From: Enterobacterales bacterium
Lineage (GTDB): Bacteria > Pseudomonadota > Gammaproteobacteria > Enterobacterales > GCA-2746155
Direction of reading: 5' to 3'
Length of the DNA stretch: 64,000 nt
Assembly: GCA_965250035.1 (NCBI GenBank)
Contig: OZ252282.1
Span: 593,395 to 657,394 of the forward strand
How positions within the stretch are numbered: position 1 is the first letter of the stretch; each line of letters opens with the position of its first letter. This document shows positions 27,851 to 36,483 of the stretch, piece after piece. Both the position numbers and the translations under genes were made by a program. Below the pieces are notes generated by a model. That model searched no databases, was not told the origin of the DNA, and saw nothing but the letters and a program-made list of their open reading frames with translations.

Positions 27851-29533
27851 ATGAAAATTGTCATTGCCGATGACAACAATACCGATCGTTTAATACTCAA
27901 GCGTATCCTAAACACCTTTGGTGGATATGAAGTTCACCCCGCCGCCAATGGTGAAGAGGCTGTTGCTCTTTATCGAGAGATTAAGCCGGATTTGGTCCTA
28001 CTGGATGCCCTTATGCCAGTCATGGATGGTTACGAGGCAGCCATCGAAATTAAGAAAATTGCCGGAGAGGAATTGATCCCTATCATATTTCTCACCTCGT
28101 TAACTGAAGCCTCGGCGTTGGCTAGATGTCTCGAAGTAGGTGGGGATGACTTCCTGACCAAGCCCTATAACAAGATTATCCTGCAAGCCAAGATAAAAGC
28201 CTTTGAGCGCATGAAGGCGTTGCATGATGAGGTGCGTATCCAACGCAATGAAATCCAGCAATTCAACGATCACATGATTCATGAACAGGAAATCGCCAAA
28301 CGCCTATTTGATAACATCGCGCATAGTGGCAATCTGGATCAGAAAAATATCCAGTTCCTATTATCTCCTATGTCAATTTTCAATGGTGATCTGCTACTGG
28401 TCGCTCGAACGCCATCAGATCTCACACATATTTTGTTAGGAGATTTCACGGGTCATGGCTTGCCGGCAGCCATTGGCGCGCTGCCAGTGGCAGATATATT
28501 CTACGGTATGACCGGCAAGGGCTTTTCGGTAGTCGATATCATCACTGAGATTAATCGCCGACTAGCCGTCATTCTTCCGGTTGGCGTCTTCTGTTGTGCG
28601 ACAATCTGTGAAGTGAACTACCGAGAAAATAGTTTAACCTACTGGAGCGGTGGACTACCCGATGGTTATCTGGTGCGGTCAGATCAAGGGATTATAAACA
28701 CCTTGAAGTCAAGGCATCTGCCATTGGGCGTTCTAAAACCCATAGACTTCTCAGTGGAAACGACCATGTTACGATTCGAGGAAGGCGATAAGCTCTATCT
28801 GACGTCTGATGGCATGTTGGAGTCAGAAAATGCGGCGGGTGAGATGTTTGGTGAGCAACGGCTTATCGATATTCTCAATAGCAATACTGACTCGAAAAAT
28901 ACTTACCATGAATTGGTGACAGCCGTTCGAAACTTCGACCACACAGACAGCCAGTCTGATGACTACACATTGATTGAGTATCAGATGAATGAGTCAATAC
29001 ATGCACTGGAATCTAATGTGGCTAATCGTCAGGCACAGCCTCAAGTTCCACTCTCTTGGTCATCGGAATATACCTTTCATATTAGTTCATTACGTTACTT
29101 CGACCCACTACCGGTCGTGTTACAAATCTTAAATGAATGTCCCGGCTTATCAGAATTCCGGGGACGTGTTTTTACCATCCTGTCAGAGCTTTACGCGAAC
29201 GCATTGGATCATGGGGTGCTCGGCCTGGACTCGGCGCTTAAGAACACGGCAGAGGGCTTTGCGAAATTTTATACATCCAAAAAAGAGCGTCTTGAATCAC
29301 TGGAAGAGGGAAGTATCTGTATTCGCATGACGCATGAACCAACCGCGGATGGCGGCCAGCTACGTATTAGCATGCGGGACTCAGGTACAGGGTTTGATGT
29401 AGCGAAGATCAAAACCGATAAAAATGAGTTTTCTGGACGCGGTTTGGCCCTGATAGACTCCTTATGTCAGGATATTCAGTTCTCAAATTCGGGAACTCAG
29501 GTTGATGTATTGTTTGAGTGGGACTATAGTTAA
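27851..29533 (+). CDS. response regulator with PP2C (SpoIIE-type) phosphatase and C-terminal RsbW-like serine-kinase/HATPase domain, HsbR-like
   Basis: Receiver domain (KIVIADDNNTDR, LLDALMPVMDG, LTKPY). PP2C region (LLLVAR..LLGDFTGHGLPAA..YLTSDGMLE). HATPase-like motifs ELYANALDHG, DSGTGFD, GRGLALI. Confidence 0.8.
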   Translation: MKIVIADDNNTDRLILKRILNTFGGYEVHPAANGEEAVALYREIKPDLVLLDALMPVMDGYEAAIEIKKIAGEELIPIIFLTSLTEASALARCLEVGGDDFLTKPYNKIILQAKIKAFERMKALHDEVRIQRNEIQQFNDHMIHEQEIAKRLFDNIAHSGNLDQKNIQFLLSPMSIFNGDLLLVARTPSDLTHILLGDFTGHGLPAAIGALPVADIFYGMTGKGFSVVDIITEINRRLAVILPVGVFCCATICEVNYRENSLTYWSGGLPDGYLVRSDQGIINTLKSRHLPLGVLKPIDFSVETTMLRFEEGDKLYLTSDGMLESENAAGEMFGEQRLIDILNSNTDSKNTYHELVTAVRNFDHTDSQSDDYTLIEYQMNESIHALESNVANRQAQPQVPLSWSSEYTFHISSLRYFDPLPVVLQILNECPGLSEFRGRVFTILSELYANALDHGVLGLDSALKNTAEGFAKFYTSKKERLESLEEGSICIRMTHEPTADGGQLRISMRDSGTGFDVAKIKTDKNEFSGRGLALIDSLCQDIQFSNSGTQVDVLFEWDYS

Positions 29534-29548
29534 CTGATACTTCACAAG

Positions 29549-29893
29549 GTGCAAATAATGACAGAATCCGTAAATTCAGCCATGCTCGATGAGTTAAAGA
29601 TGCTCATGGAAGATGATTTCACTGTATTGCTGGAAACCTATATACAGGACTCAGATAATCGACTGTTGGCACTCGATTCTGCTATCACGTCCCAGAATGC
29701 ATCAGAAGTACGCGAATTAGCCCACTCGTTCAAGGGTAGTTCAGCGAATCTTGGAGCCCAACCACTCGCGGACATCTGCCTGCAACTGGAAACGATGGGA
29801 CGAGAAGAGAACCTCGATGATGCCGCTGCGACATATATCACCCTCAAGGCTGAATATAGTCAGGTCCGCGCCTACTTCAACGATCAGCTCTAA
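29549..29893 (+). CDS. histidine phosphotransfer (Hpt) protein, HptB-like
   Basis: ELAHSFKGSSANLGA is the Hpt phospho-histidine motif. The true start may be the ATG at 29558. Confidence 0.8.
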   Translation: MQIMTESVNSAMLDELKMLMEDDFTVLLETYIQDSDNRLLALDSAITSQNASEVRELAHSFKGSSANLGAQPLADICLQLETMGREENLDDAAATYITLKAEYSQVRAYFNDQL

Positions 29894-29941
29894 CCCGACT
29901 TCACCCTCAATTAGCCGCATATTCCTAATTGCCAGACTGGC

Positions 29942-29957
29942 TGGCATGCCGTTTGCA
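29942..29957 (+). promoter_or_regulatory. sigma-54 (-24/-12) promoter upstream of fliK
   Basis: TGGCATgccgtTTGCA fits TGGCAC-N5-TTGCW with correct GG-N10-GC spacing, ~90 nt before the ATG at 30048. Confidence 0.65.
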
Positions 29958-30047
29958 ACATTCTAGCTATCGTCCATTCATGTGACTCAGAGTGGTTGTC
30001 TTTAAAAACAGCTTTGAGGGTTACATTTGCTAAAGGAAGTTCGCTGT

Positions 30048-32027
30048 ATGTTACTGCAATACTTATTTTCTGCTTCTCAAACGGCTAGCAGTTCTGCCTC
30101 AAATAAAAGCTCAGACTCAGGCACTGGAAAACAGAATGCGAGTGATGGCAGCAATTTACAGGAATTTAACAACGCCTTAAAAAACTCACTTTCAAATGTC
30201 AATAAAAGTGAATCAAAACAACAATTAACAGCACAAAGCTTAACTGATTTATTAAATAAAGAAATGGGGCCTGATCAACAGGATATTCAGTTCTCGTCCA
30301 TCAAACTGACTCCGCTTCAAAAGCAATTAATTCTGCAATCAATTGCCAGACAGCAAAATCCTACTGAGGCTCAATCACAACAGACTACTGGCCAACAAAT
30401 CACGTCGGCAACGCTAGGAGAATTTCAGGATGCGGCATTGGCTCAGGAATCAGGAGGCAAAGCATTGCCGGAAATCTCGCCCGATCAATTGCCAGATCTG
30501 CTCAAACCTAACGCGGCTCAGATTACAAGAGTAGTGCCAGAAAACGAATCTTCAGAGACTGGATTAGTCGACACTGAGGCATTGTTGCCAGGACAACAAA
30601 CAACAAACCCGGGGAGCCTTGAGGGTGCCAGTGGTGAAAATGCCGACTTAAACCAACCCGAACAGACAAGCGCGACGCAAGTCGTAGCTGGTGTAAGTGA
30701 AGCGGATAAGGCTAAACTCCTTGATCAACTTTCAGTGGATGTTAAGTCCCCTGAAGGTGATCCAAACACATTGCAACAACTGGACGATTTAGAGGGGTTA
30801 GGAACGACCAGTGAACAAACGAATGCTCAAAATAGCGAAACCCCAATCCTCTCAGATGCGTCTGATGAATTATTGATTGACCCTGGCAATCGCATAACAG
30901 GCAATGATAGTGAGGATCCGACGCTTACTACAGCTATCCCATCAGCTGTTGCAGGTGAAGGACCATCGACTACGCCAGGTACCAATACGGCTAACGGTAC
31001 AGCCAATGTAGTAGAGAGCCAATTATTGGCTGCGACAAACCCAAGCGCTGGTCAATCGCCTAATAAAGCTGAAGTAACTAGTCCAGCGGCTCCTGCGGTA
31101 ACTACCAGTCAGAATCAGTATAGTGAGCAGCGTATGGCGGACGCTAAACGCTTCGTCACAACCCAGGGGCAATCAGATGCAACCAGCTCACAACGGACCA
31201 TGACAGAAGCCAGTCAACTGGCAGGCCGTGAATCAGGCAGCGAATCTCCCCAGAGATTCATTGACCGCTTGCCATCTGCGGCAGGTAAGCCTACGAATGC
31301 TAAATCAAGCAATGAGACCAAGGTTGCTGCGAAATACACGGATGGCGTGCAGATAAAATCGGATGCGCTCATTTCTAAAGAGTCTGACATCAGGCTGGAT
31401 AAGTTCCTGAGATCAGCAGATATGATGCAGTCTGCAATCAAATCCAACGTTCAGGGCGCTACCACGAGTCCTGCATCACTGGCGATGAATCAGACCGCAT
31501 CAGGATTGAACATAACCCATGCCATGTCTCCAGCGGCTGAAGGGATGAACAAATCAGCCGCAGGTACGACGCCCTCGATCTTCGCAAAAGATGCCGCCTT
31601 GTCAGTGAATGTGCCTAAGCCGCAATGGAATCAACGATTTGCCGAACGCATTAGTATGCTAGCATTGAAGGGGGCGAGTCTAGCGAGAATTCGACTGGAT
31701 CCACCCGAACTTGGCCCCATGTCAGTCAGGATTCAAACGCAGGGTGGTGAGACGTCAATCCAGTTTACTGTCAATAATCCAATCGCTCGCGAACTGGTTG
31801 ACTCTGGCTCCCAGCGATTACGAGAAATGCTGGAACAACATGGCTTCGAATCGGTCGATGTTGGTGTGAATGAATTCAAGAATCAGCATCAGGGTGAGGC
31901 CAATAACGATGATCTCGACGCAGAGGACATTGAATTCCTAGCGCGTAGAGAGGGCGAACTCGATACGGAGTTGAGCCCAATTGAATCATATCAAGACAGC
32001 ATTGGGCTCATCGACATCTTCGCCTGA
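30048..32027 (+). CDS. fliK: flagellar hook-length control protein FliK
   Basis: Q/S/T/P-rich central region. C-terminal Flg_hook-type domain (ARIRLDPPELGPMSVRIQTQGGETSIQFTV..LREMLEQHGF). ATG at 30048 with AAGGAAG upstream is preferred over the TTG at 30027. Confidence 0.8.
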   Translation: MLLQYLFSASQTASSSASNKSSDSGTGKQNASDGSNLQEFNNALKNSLSNVNKSESKQQLTAQSLTDLLNKEMGPDQQDIQFSSIKLTPLQKQLILQSIARQQNPTEAQSQQTTGQQITSATLGEFQDAALAQESGGKALPEISPDQLPDLLKPNAAQITRVVPENESSETGLVDTEALLPGQQTTNPGSLEGASGENADLNQPEQTSATQVVAGVSEADKAKLLDQLSVDVKSPEGDPNTLQQLDDLEGLGTTSEQTNAQNSETPILSDASDELLIDPGNRITGNDSEDPTLTTAIPSAVAGEGPSTTPGTNTANGTANVVESQLLAATNPSAGQSPNKAEVTSPAAPAVTTSQNQYSEQRMADAKRFVTTQGQSDATSSQRTMTEASQLAGRESGSESPQRFIDRLPSAAGKPTNAKSSNETKVAAKYTDGVQIKSDALISKESDIRLDKFLRSADMMQSAIKSNVQGATTSPASLAMNQTASGLNITHAMSPAAEGMNKSAAGTTPSIFAKDAALSVNVPKPQWNQRFAERISMLALKGASLARIRLDPPELGPMSVRIQTQGGETSIQFTVNNPIARELVDSGSQRLREMLEQHGFESVDVGVNEFKNQHQGEANNDDLDAEDIEFLARREGELDTELSPIESYQDSIGLIDIFA

Positions 32028-32047
32028 TACAGCGCCAGTAACAAATA

Positions 32048-32088
32048 ATTGACACCTGTCGATCTTATCCTGTGACAAAGGTGTCAAT
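32048..32088. promoter_or_regulatory. 10-bp perfect inverted repeat upstream of the fliL sigma-54 promoter (enhancer site or fliK terminator candidate)
   Basis: ATTGACACCT-N21-AGGTGTCAAT, ~80 bp upstream of the -24 element and 20 bp after the fliK stop. No T-run follows it. Confidence 0.3.
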
Positions 32089-32169
32089 ATCATGTCAGTT
32101 ACAATTCCTCATATTCCTGCTATATTCTAAGTGATTGTTTTATCTATTGATTATTGAGCCATCTTGAGT

Positions 32170-32185
32170 TGGCTCGATAATTGCT
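32170..32185 (+). promoter_or_regulatory. sigma-54 (-24/-12) promoter upstream of fliL
   Basis: TGGCTCgataaTTGCT has correct GG-N10-GC spacing and lies 31 nt before the fliL ATG. Confidence 0.65.
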
Positions 32186-32216
32186 ATTTCCACTAATATA
32201 AGAAGCGAGACTAGTT

Positions 32217-32822
32217 ATGGCAGAAGAAGATCTATCATTAGACGAACCACAAGACGATGATGAATCAGCAGGTGAGGGTAAAGGCAGCAATAAGATGCTT
32301 TTTATCATCATTGCAGTGTTGGCTGCGATTGTACTGATCGGAGGCGGTTTGACAGCTTACTTTTTACTGACAGCTGATGATGAGGAGCCACAGGCCGTGG
32401 TCACCGAGGTAGCCGATGGTGAACAGGGGCCTGATGATGCCGGTGCAGAAACGACTGAATCGACTCAGGAGGCCGTGAAGAAGATTCCACCACCGCCTAA
32501 GGGTGACGTTATCTATGTTGTCATGCCGGATCCGCTGCTCGTTAATATAACCGCAGGTAAGCGTACTCGGATGATGCAGGTGAGAGTGAATTTCATGGTG
32601 CATAGTAAACAGGCAGAAGATGCACTGAAACTTCACATGCCATTGGTGAGAAACAATCTGCTCGACTTTTTTAGTACTGCTGATGCGGAAGAGGTACGCA
32701 CTCGTGAAGGCAGGAACAAACTTAAAGATGAAGCCTTTGCGATTGCTCAGGAAGTGATGCTGCAGCAGGCAGGTTTTGAGGCCATTGAAATGTTGTTATT
32801 CACCGACTTCGTGGTGCAATAA
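32217..32822 (+). CDS. fliL: flagellar basal-body-associated protein FliL
   Basis: Single TM helix, then VIYVVMPDPLLVNI..RMMQVRVNFMV, typical of FliL. Positioned before fliM. Confidence 0.8.
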   Translation: MAEEDLSLDEPQDDDESAGEGKGSNKMLFIIIAVLAAIVLIGGGLTAYFLLTADDEEPQAVVTEVADGEQGPDDAGAETTESTQEAVKKIPPPPKGDVIYVVMPDPLLVNITAGKRTRMMQVRVNFMVHSKQAEDALKLHMPLVRNNLLDFFSTADAEEVRTREGRNKLKDEAFAIAQEVMLQQAGFEAIEMLLFTDFVVQ

Positions 32823-32835
32823 TTGGGATTAGAAT

Positions 32836-33840
32836 GTGAGTGATTTATTAAGCCAAGACGAAATTGATGCGCTGTTGCACGGCGTCGATGACGGCGATAT
32901 TGATCTAGAAGAAGATCAAGCGCCGCGAGGCGATGCCAGGGCTTATGATTTCAGTGCCCAGGATCGAATCGTCCGTGGTCGGATGCCGACACTCGAGATG
33001 GTCAATGAACGATTTGCCAGACATATGCGCATTAGCCTATTCAATATGATGCGCAAGTCGGCCGAGATTTCAGTCAATGGCGTTCAAATGATCAAATTCA
33101 GTGAATATGTCCACAGTCTTTTTGTACCAACAAGCTTGAACATGGTTCGCATCCGCCCTCTGCGGGGAACATCGTTATTTACCTTCGAGGCCAAACTGGT
33201 CTTCACCCTGGTTGATAACTTCTTCGGCGGAGACGGTCGTTATCATGCCAAAATTGAGGGTCGGGAATTCACACCGACTGAACGACGCATAGTTCACCTG
33301 TTGCTGAATCAGATTTTCCTGGATCTGGCTGAAGCCTGGGCGCCGGTTTATAAACTCAACTTCGAATATCTTGATTCAGAAGTGAACCCTGCGATGGCGA
33401 CCATTGTGAGTCCTTCCGAGGTCGTCGTGATATCCAGTTTCACCATTGAGCTTGAAGGCGGCGGCGGCAATTTCCATGTCTGTATGCCGTATTCCATGCT
33501 GGAGCCGATTCGTGAGAAGTTGGACGCGGGTGTACAGACTGACCGTGATGACGTGGATCTGCGCTGGTTACAGTCTCTTCGTGACGAGATCATGGCAGTC
33601 GATGTTGAGCTCGATGCAACACTGGTCGAGAAGAATGTCACCCTCAACGACATTCTCGAAATGCAGGCGGGAGATATCATCCCGATTGAATTACCCAAAA
33701 ATATTACCGTTAATGCGGGGGGATTGCCGTCCTTCCGCGCCGAGTATGGTGTCTCGCATGGTCATGCAGCACTCAAGATAACCGACATTATTGATAGAAC
33801 CCACATCCTGGCGGGAGTAGGAGAGAGTAGTAATGGTTGA
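32836..33840 (+). CDS. fliM: flagellar motor switch protein FliM
   Basis: N-terminal CheY-P binding peptide LSQDEIDALL. Middle domain and C-terminal SpoA-like domain. GTG start. Confidence 0.9.
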   Translation: MSDLLSQDEIDALLHGVDDGDIDLEEDQAPRGDARAYDFSAQDRIVRGRMPTLEMVNERFARHMRISLFNMMRKSAEISVNGVQMIKFSEYVHSLFVPTSLNMVRIRPLRGTSLFTFEAKLVFTLVDNFFGGDGRYHAKIEGREFTPTERRIVHLLLNQIFLDLAEAWAPVYKLNFEYLDSEVNPAMATIVSPSEVVVISSFTIELEGGGGNFHVCMPYSMLEPIREKLDAGVQTDRDDVDLRWLQSLRDEIMAVDVELDATLVEKNVTLNDILEMQAGDIIPIELPKNITVNAGGLPSFRAEYGVSHGHAALKITDIIDRTHILAGVGESSNG

Positions 33841-34228
33841 TGAAAATAACAAAGATGATGATAAATCATCCGATGACGCTGACTGGGGCGACGCCATGGC
33901 CGAGCAGGCCGCCGCTTCTCAAGCACCCATGAATGAGCTGGTCGACGATTCAGCTGGAGAAAGGGACCGGGAGAACATTGATGTCATCCTCGACATTCCA
34001 GTCACCCTTTCTCTGGAAGTTGGCACCACGGTCATTGCAATCAGAAATTTATTGCAACTGAACCAGGGATCCGTGATCGAGCTAGACCGTTTGGCGGGCG
34101 AGCCGCTGGATGTCAAAGTCAATAACACCCTCATTGCTCATGGGGAAGTCGTGGTCGTAAACGAGAAATATGGTATCCGTTTAACGGATGTCATGAGTCC
34201 ATCTGAACGCATCAAGAAATTGAAGTAA
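33833..34228 (+). CDS. fliN: flagellar motor switch protein FliN
   Basis: C-terminal SpoA domain ILDIPVTLSLEVG..IELDRLAGEPLDVKVNNTLIAHGEVVVVNEKYGIRL. Overlaps the fliM end by 8 nt. Confidence 0.9.
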   Translation: MVDENNKDDDKSSDDADWGDAMAEQAAASQAPMNELVDDSAGERDRENIDVILDIPVTLSLEVGTTVIAIRNLLQLNQGSVIELDRLAGEPLDVKVNNTLIAHGEVVVVNEKYGIRLTDVMSPSERIKKLK

Positions 34229-34668
34229 TGAAACATATTATCCGCTTGAGTCTTCTGTTGTTATTGCCTTCGCACTCACTGTTCGCCAGCACGCCCACGC
34301 TGGGAAACGGAGGTGTTGATGCGATAGCATTCGTGAAGATGTTCATCGGATTACTATTCACGATTGCAATTATCTTTCTACTGGCATGGCTGAGTCGCAA
34401 GAGCAAATTAATTACAAGCCTCCATGCCGAATATCAAATCAAAACACTGGCCACACAATCGCTGAGCAGTCGCGAAAAACTCTGCCTGGTCGAAGTCGGC
34501 GATAAACAAATCCTGATCGGGCTTGCTCCCGGGAGTGTGAGCAAAATCCATGTGTTTGATGAACCCATTTCGGCCATTCCGGCCCCTGTTCATGAGGGAT
34601 CGCCGCGAGATTTCGCCACTCAGTTTAAACAGGCACTCGGGATTCAGACTCGAGAGCAGCGAGACTAA
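34228..34668 (+). CDS. fliO: flagellar biosynthesis protein FliO
   Basis: Small protein with a signal-like N-terminus and one TM helix (LLFTIAIIFLLAWL). ATGA overlap with the fliN stop. Conserved position before fliP. Confidence 0.7.
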   Translation: MKHIIRLSLLLLLPSHSLFASTPTLGNGGVDAIAFVKMFIGLLFTIAIIFLLAWLSRKSKLITSLHAEYQIKTLATQSLSSREKLCLVEVGDKQILIGLAPGSVSKIHVFDEPISAIPAPVHEGSPRDFATQFKQALGIQTREQRD

Positions 34669-34671
34669 GCC

Positions 34672-35406
34672 ATGAGATATCTGTTACTCCTGTTATGCTT
34701 CCTCATAACGGCTAATACGCTGGGCGCTGAGAATGGTATTCCAGCTCTGACCATGACGACCAACGAGGATGGGGCGCAAGAATATTCGGTCACGCTACAA
34801 ATCCTGTTCCTGATGTCAGCGCTAACGGTCCTACCTGCGTTGGTCATAATGATGACATCCTTTACCCGGATAACCATCGTATTAGGCATCCTGAGGCGGG
34901 CCATTGGATTGCAATCCACGCCTTCTAACCAGGTACTCATTGGACTTGCACTATTCCTGACAATTTTTACTATGGCGCCCGTTTTTGAGCGCATTAATAC
35001 GTCGGCTGTACAACCCTATCTGGAAGAGGATATGGGACTAATGCCTGCGATTATGGCGGCTGAAAAACCCCTACGTGAATTTATGCTCAGCCAGACCCGG
35101 CAGACAGACTTAGAATTGTTTATTCGCTTATCACGAGAGCCAGTTGCTGAACTAGAAGAAGTCTCTTTCTTTATTCTGGTTCCATCATTCGTCACCAGTG
35201 AATTGAAGACCGCTTTTCAGATTGGATTCTTGCTGTTCATTCCGTTTCTGGTTATAGACATGGTCATTGCATCACTGTTGATGGCGATGGGTATGATGAT
35301 GTTGTCACCACTCGTGATCTCATTGCCATTTAAAATTATGTTATTCGTATTGGTTGATGGCTGGGCCCTGACCATGGGCACACTGGCCGGCAGTTTCGGG
35401 ATGTAG
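34672..35406 (+). CDS. fliP: flagellar export apparatus protein FliP
   Basis: [37 protein letters not shown] is the hallmark FliP segment. Confidence 0.95.
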   Translation: MRYLLLLLCFLITANTLGAENGIPALTMTTNEDGAQEYSVTLQILFLMSALTVLPALVIMMTSFTRITIVLGILRRAIGLQSTPSNQVLIGLALFLTIFTMAPVFERINTSAVQPYLEEDMGLMPAIMAAEKPLREFMLSQTRQTDLELFIRLSREPVAELEEVSFFILVPSFVTSELKTAFQIGFLLFIPFLVIDMVIASLLMAMGMMMLSPLVISLPFKIMLFVLVDGWALTMGTLAGSFGM

Positions 35407-35408
35407 CT

Positions 35409-35678
35409 ATGACGCCCGATATGGTGATTGACATATTTCGCGAAGCGCTATCGATTGTGATCATCCTGGTAGTCGCGATTATCGCCCCTGGATTATTGAC
35501 TGGATTGATCATTGCTGTATTTCAATCAGCGACCAGTATCAACGAGCAAACCTTATCATTTCTACCGCGACTCATCGCGACCCTGACCACCATGAGTATC
35601 ATCGGGAGCTGGTTCTTCGGCACGATCGTGGATCTTTTCGAGCGTCTGATGCTCAGTGTTCCCACACTGATTGGGTGA
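35409..35678 (+). CDS. fliQ: flagellar export apparatus protein FliQ
   Basis: 89-aa two-TM protein with ..IIAVFQSATSINEQTLSFLPRL. Confidence 0.9.
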   Translation: MTPDMVIDIFREALSIVIILVVAIIAPGLLTGLIIAVFQSATSINEQTLSFLPRLIATLTTMSIIGSWFFGTIVDLFERLMLSVPTLIG

Positions 35679-35682
35679 CGGC

Positions 35683-36483
35683 ATGGATACCGGGATCGCG
35701 CTCGAATTTCAACAAATAGAAGCCTACGTCAAGTCATTCATGTGGCCATTAATTCGGATATCATCCATGATGATGGCGATGGTGGTATTTGGCTCTGCAA
35801 TCCTGTCGGCCCAAAAGCGAATCGTGGCATCATTTGCCATTACGGCAGTAATAATACCCGTGTTACCGCCCATGCCTGATGTTGGGATGACATCCTTTGA
35901 GGGCTGGGGGATTACCATACAGCAAATTCTCATTGGGGTAACGATTGGCTTCATTAGTCGCCTGATATTTGAAACATTCGTGTTGGGTGGTCAGATTGTT
36001 GCTATGTCATCAGGCCTTGGATTCGCGGTGATCAATGACCCCTCCAGCGGCATTCCGATTCCGGCTATTGGTCAATTTTTCCTGATGATGGCCACGCTGG
36101 TCTTTCTGGCGGTTGATGGACATCTATTGATGATCGATATTGTCGTGCGGAGTTTCTATAGCTTGCCGATTTCAACTGAAGGAATCAGCGTGGCGGCCTT
36201 TAGCGGTATATTTGAGCTGGCTGGTAGCATGTTTACGGTTGGTTTAAAGATGGCTTTGGCAGCCATTATTTCGATTTTAATGGTGAATCTGTCATTCGGT
36301 ATCCTGACCAAGGTCGCCCCTTCGTTGAATATTTTCGTCATTGGCTTCCCGATGATCTTAACGTCGGGCCTACTGATCCTGTGGTTCACGATAAACAGTT
36401 TCGATATCTACTTTGATTTGCAGTTCTTCAACGGGCTAAACCTGGCCTGTGAGATGGTATATCTGGAGTGTACAAATGGCTGA
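35683..36483 (+). CDS. fliR: flagellar export apparatus protein FliR
   Basis: Polytopic membrane protein in the conserved position. ATG at 35683 is preferred over the TTG at 35671. Confidence 0.85.
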   Translation: MDTGIALEFQQIEAYVKSFMWPLIRISSMMMAMVVFGSAILSAQKRIVASFAITAVIIPVLPPMPDVGMTSFEGWGITIQQILIGVTIGFISRLIFETFVLGGQIVAMSSGLGFAVINDPSSGIPIPAIGQFFLMMATLVFLAVDGHLLMIDIVVRSFYSLPISTEGISVAAFSGIFELAGSMFTVGLKMALAAIISILMVNLSFGILTKVAPSLNIFVIGFPMILTSGLLILWFTINSFDIYFDLQFFNGLNLACEMVYLECTNG

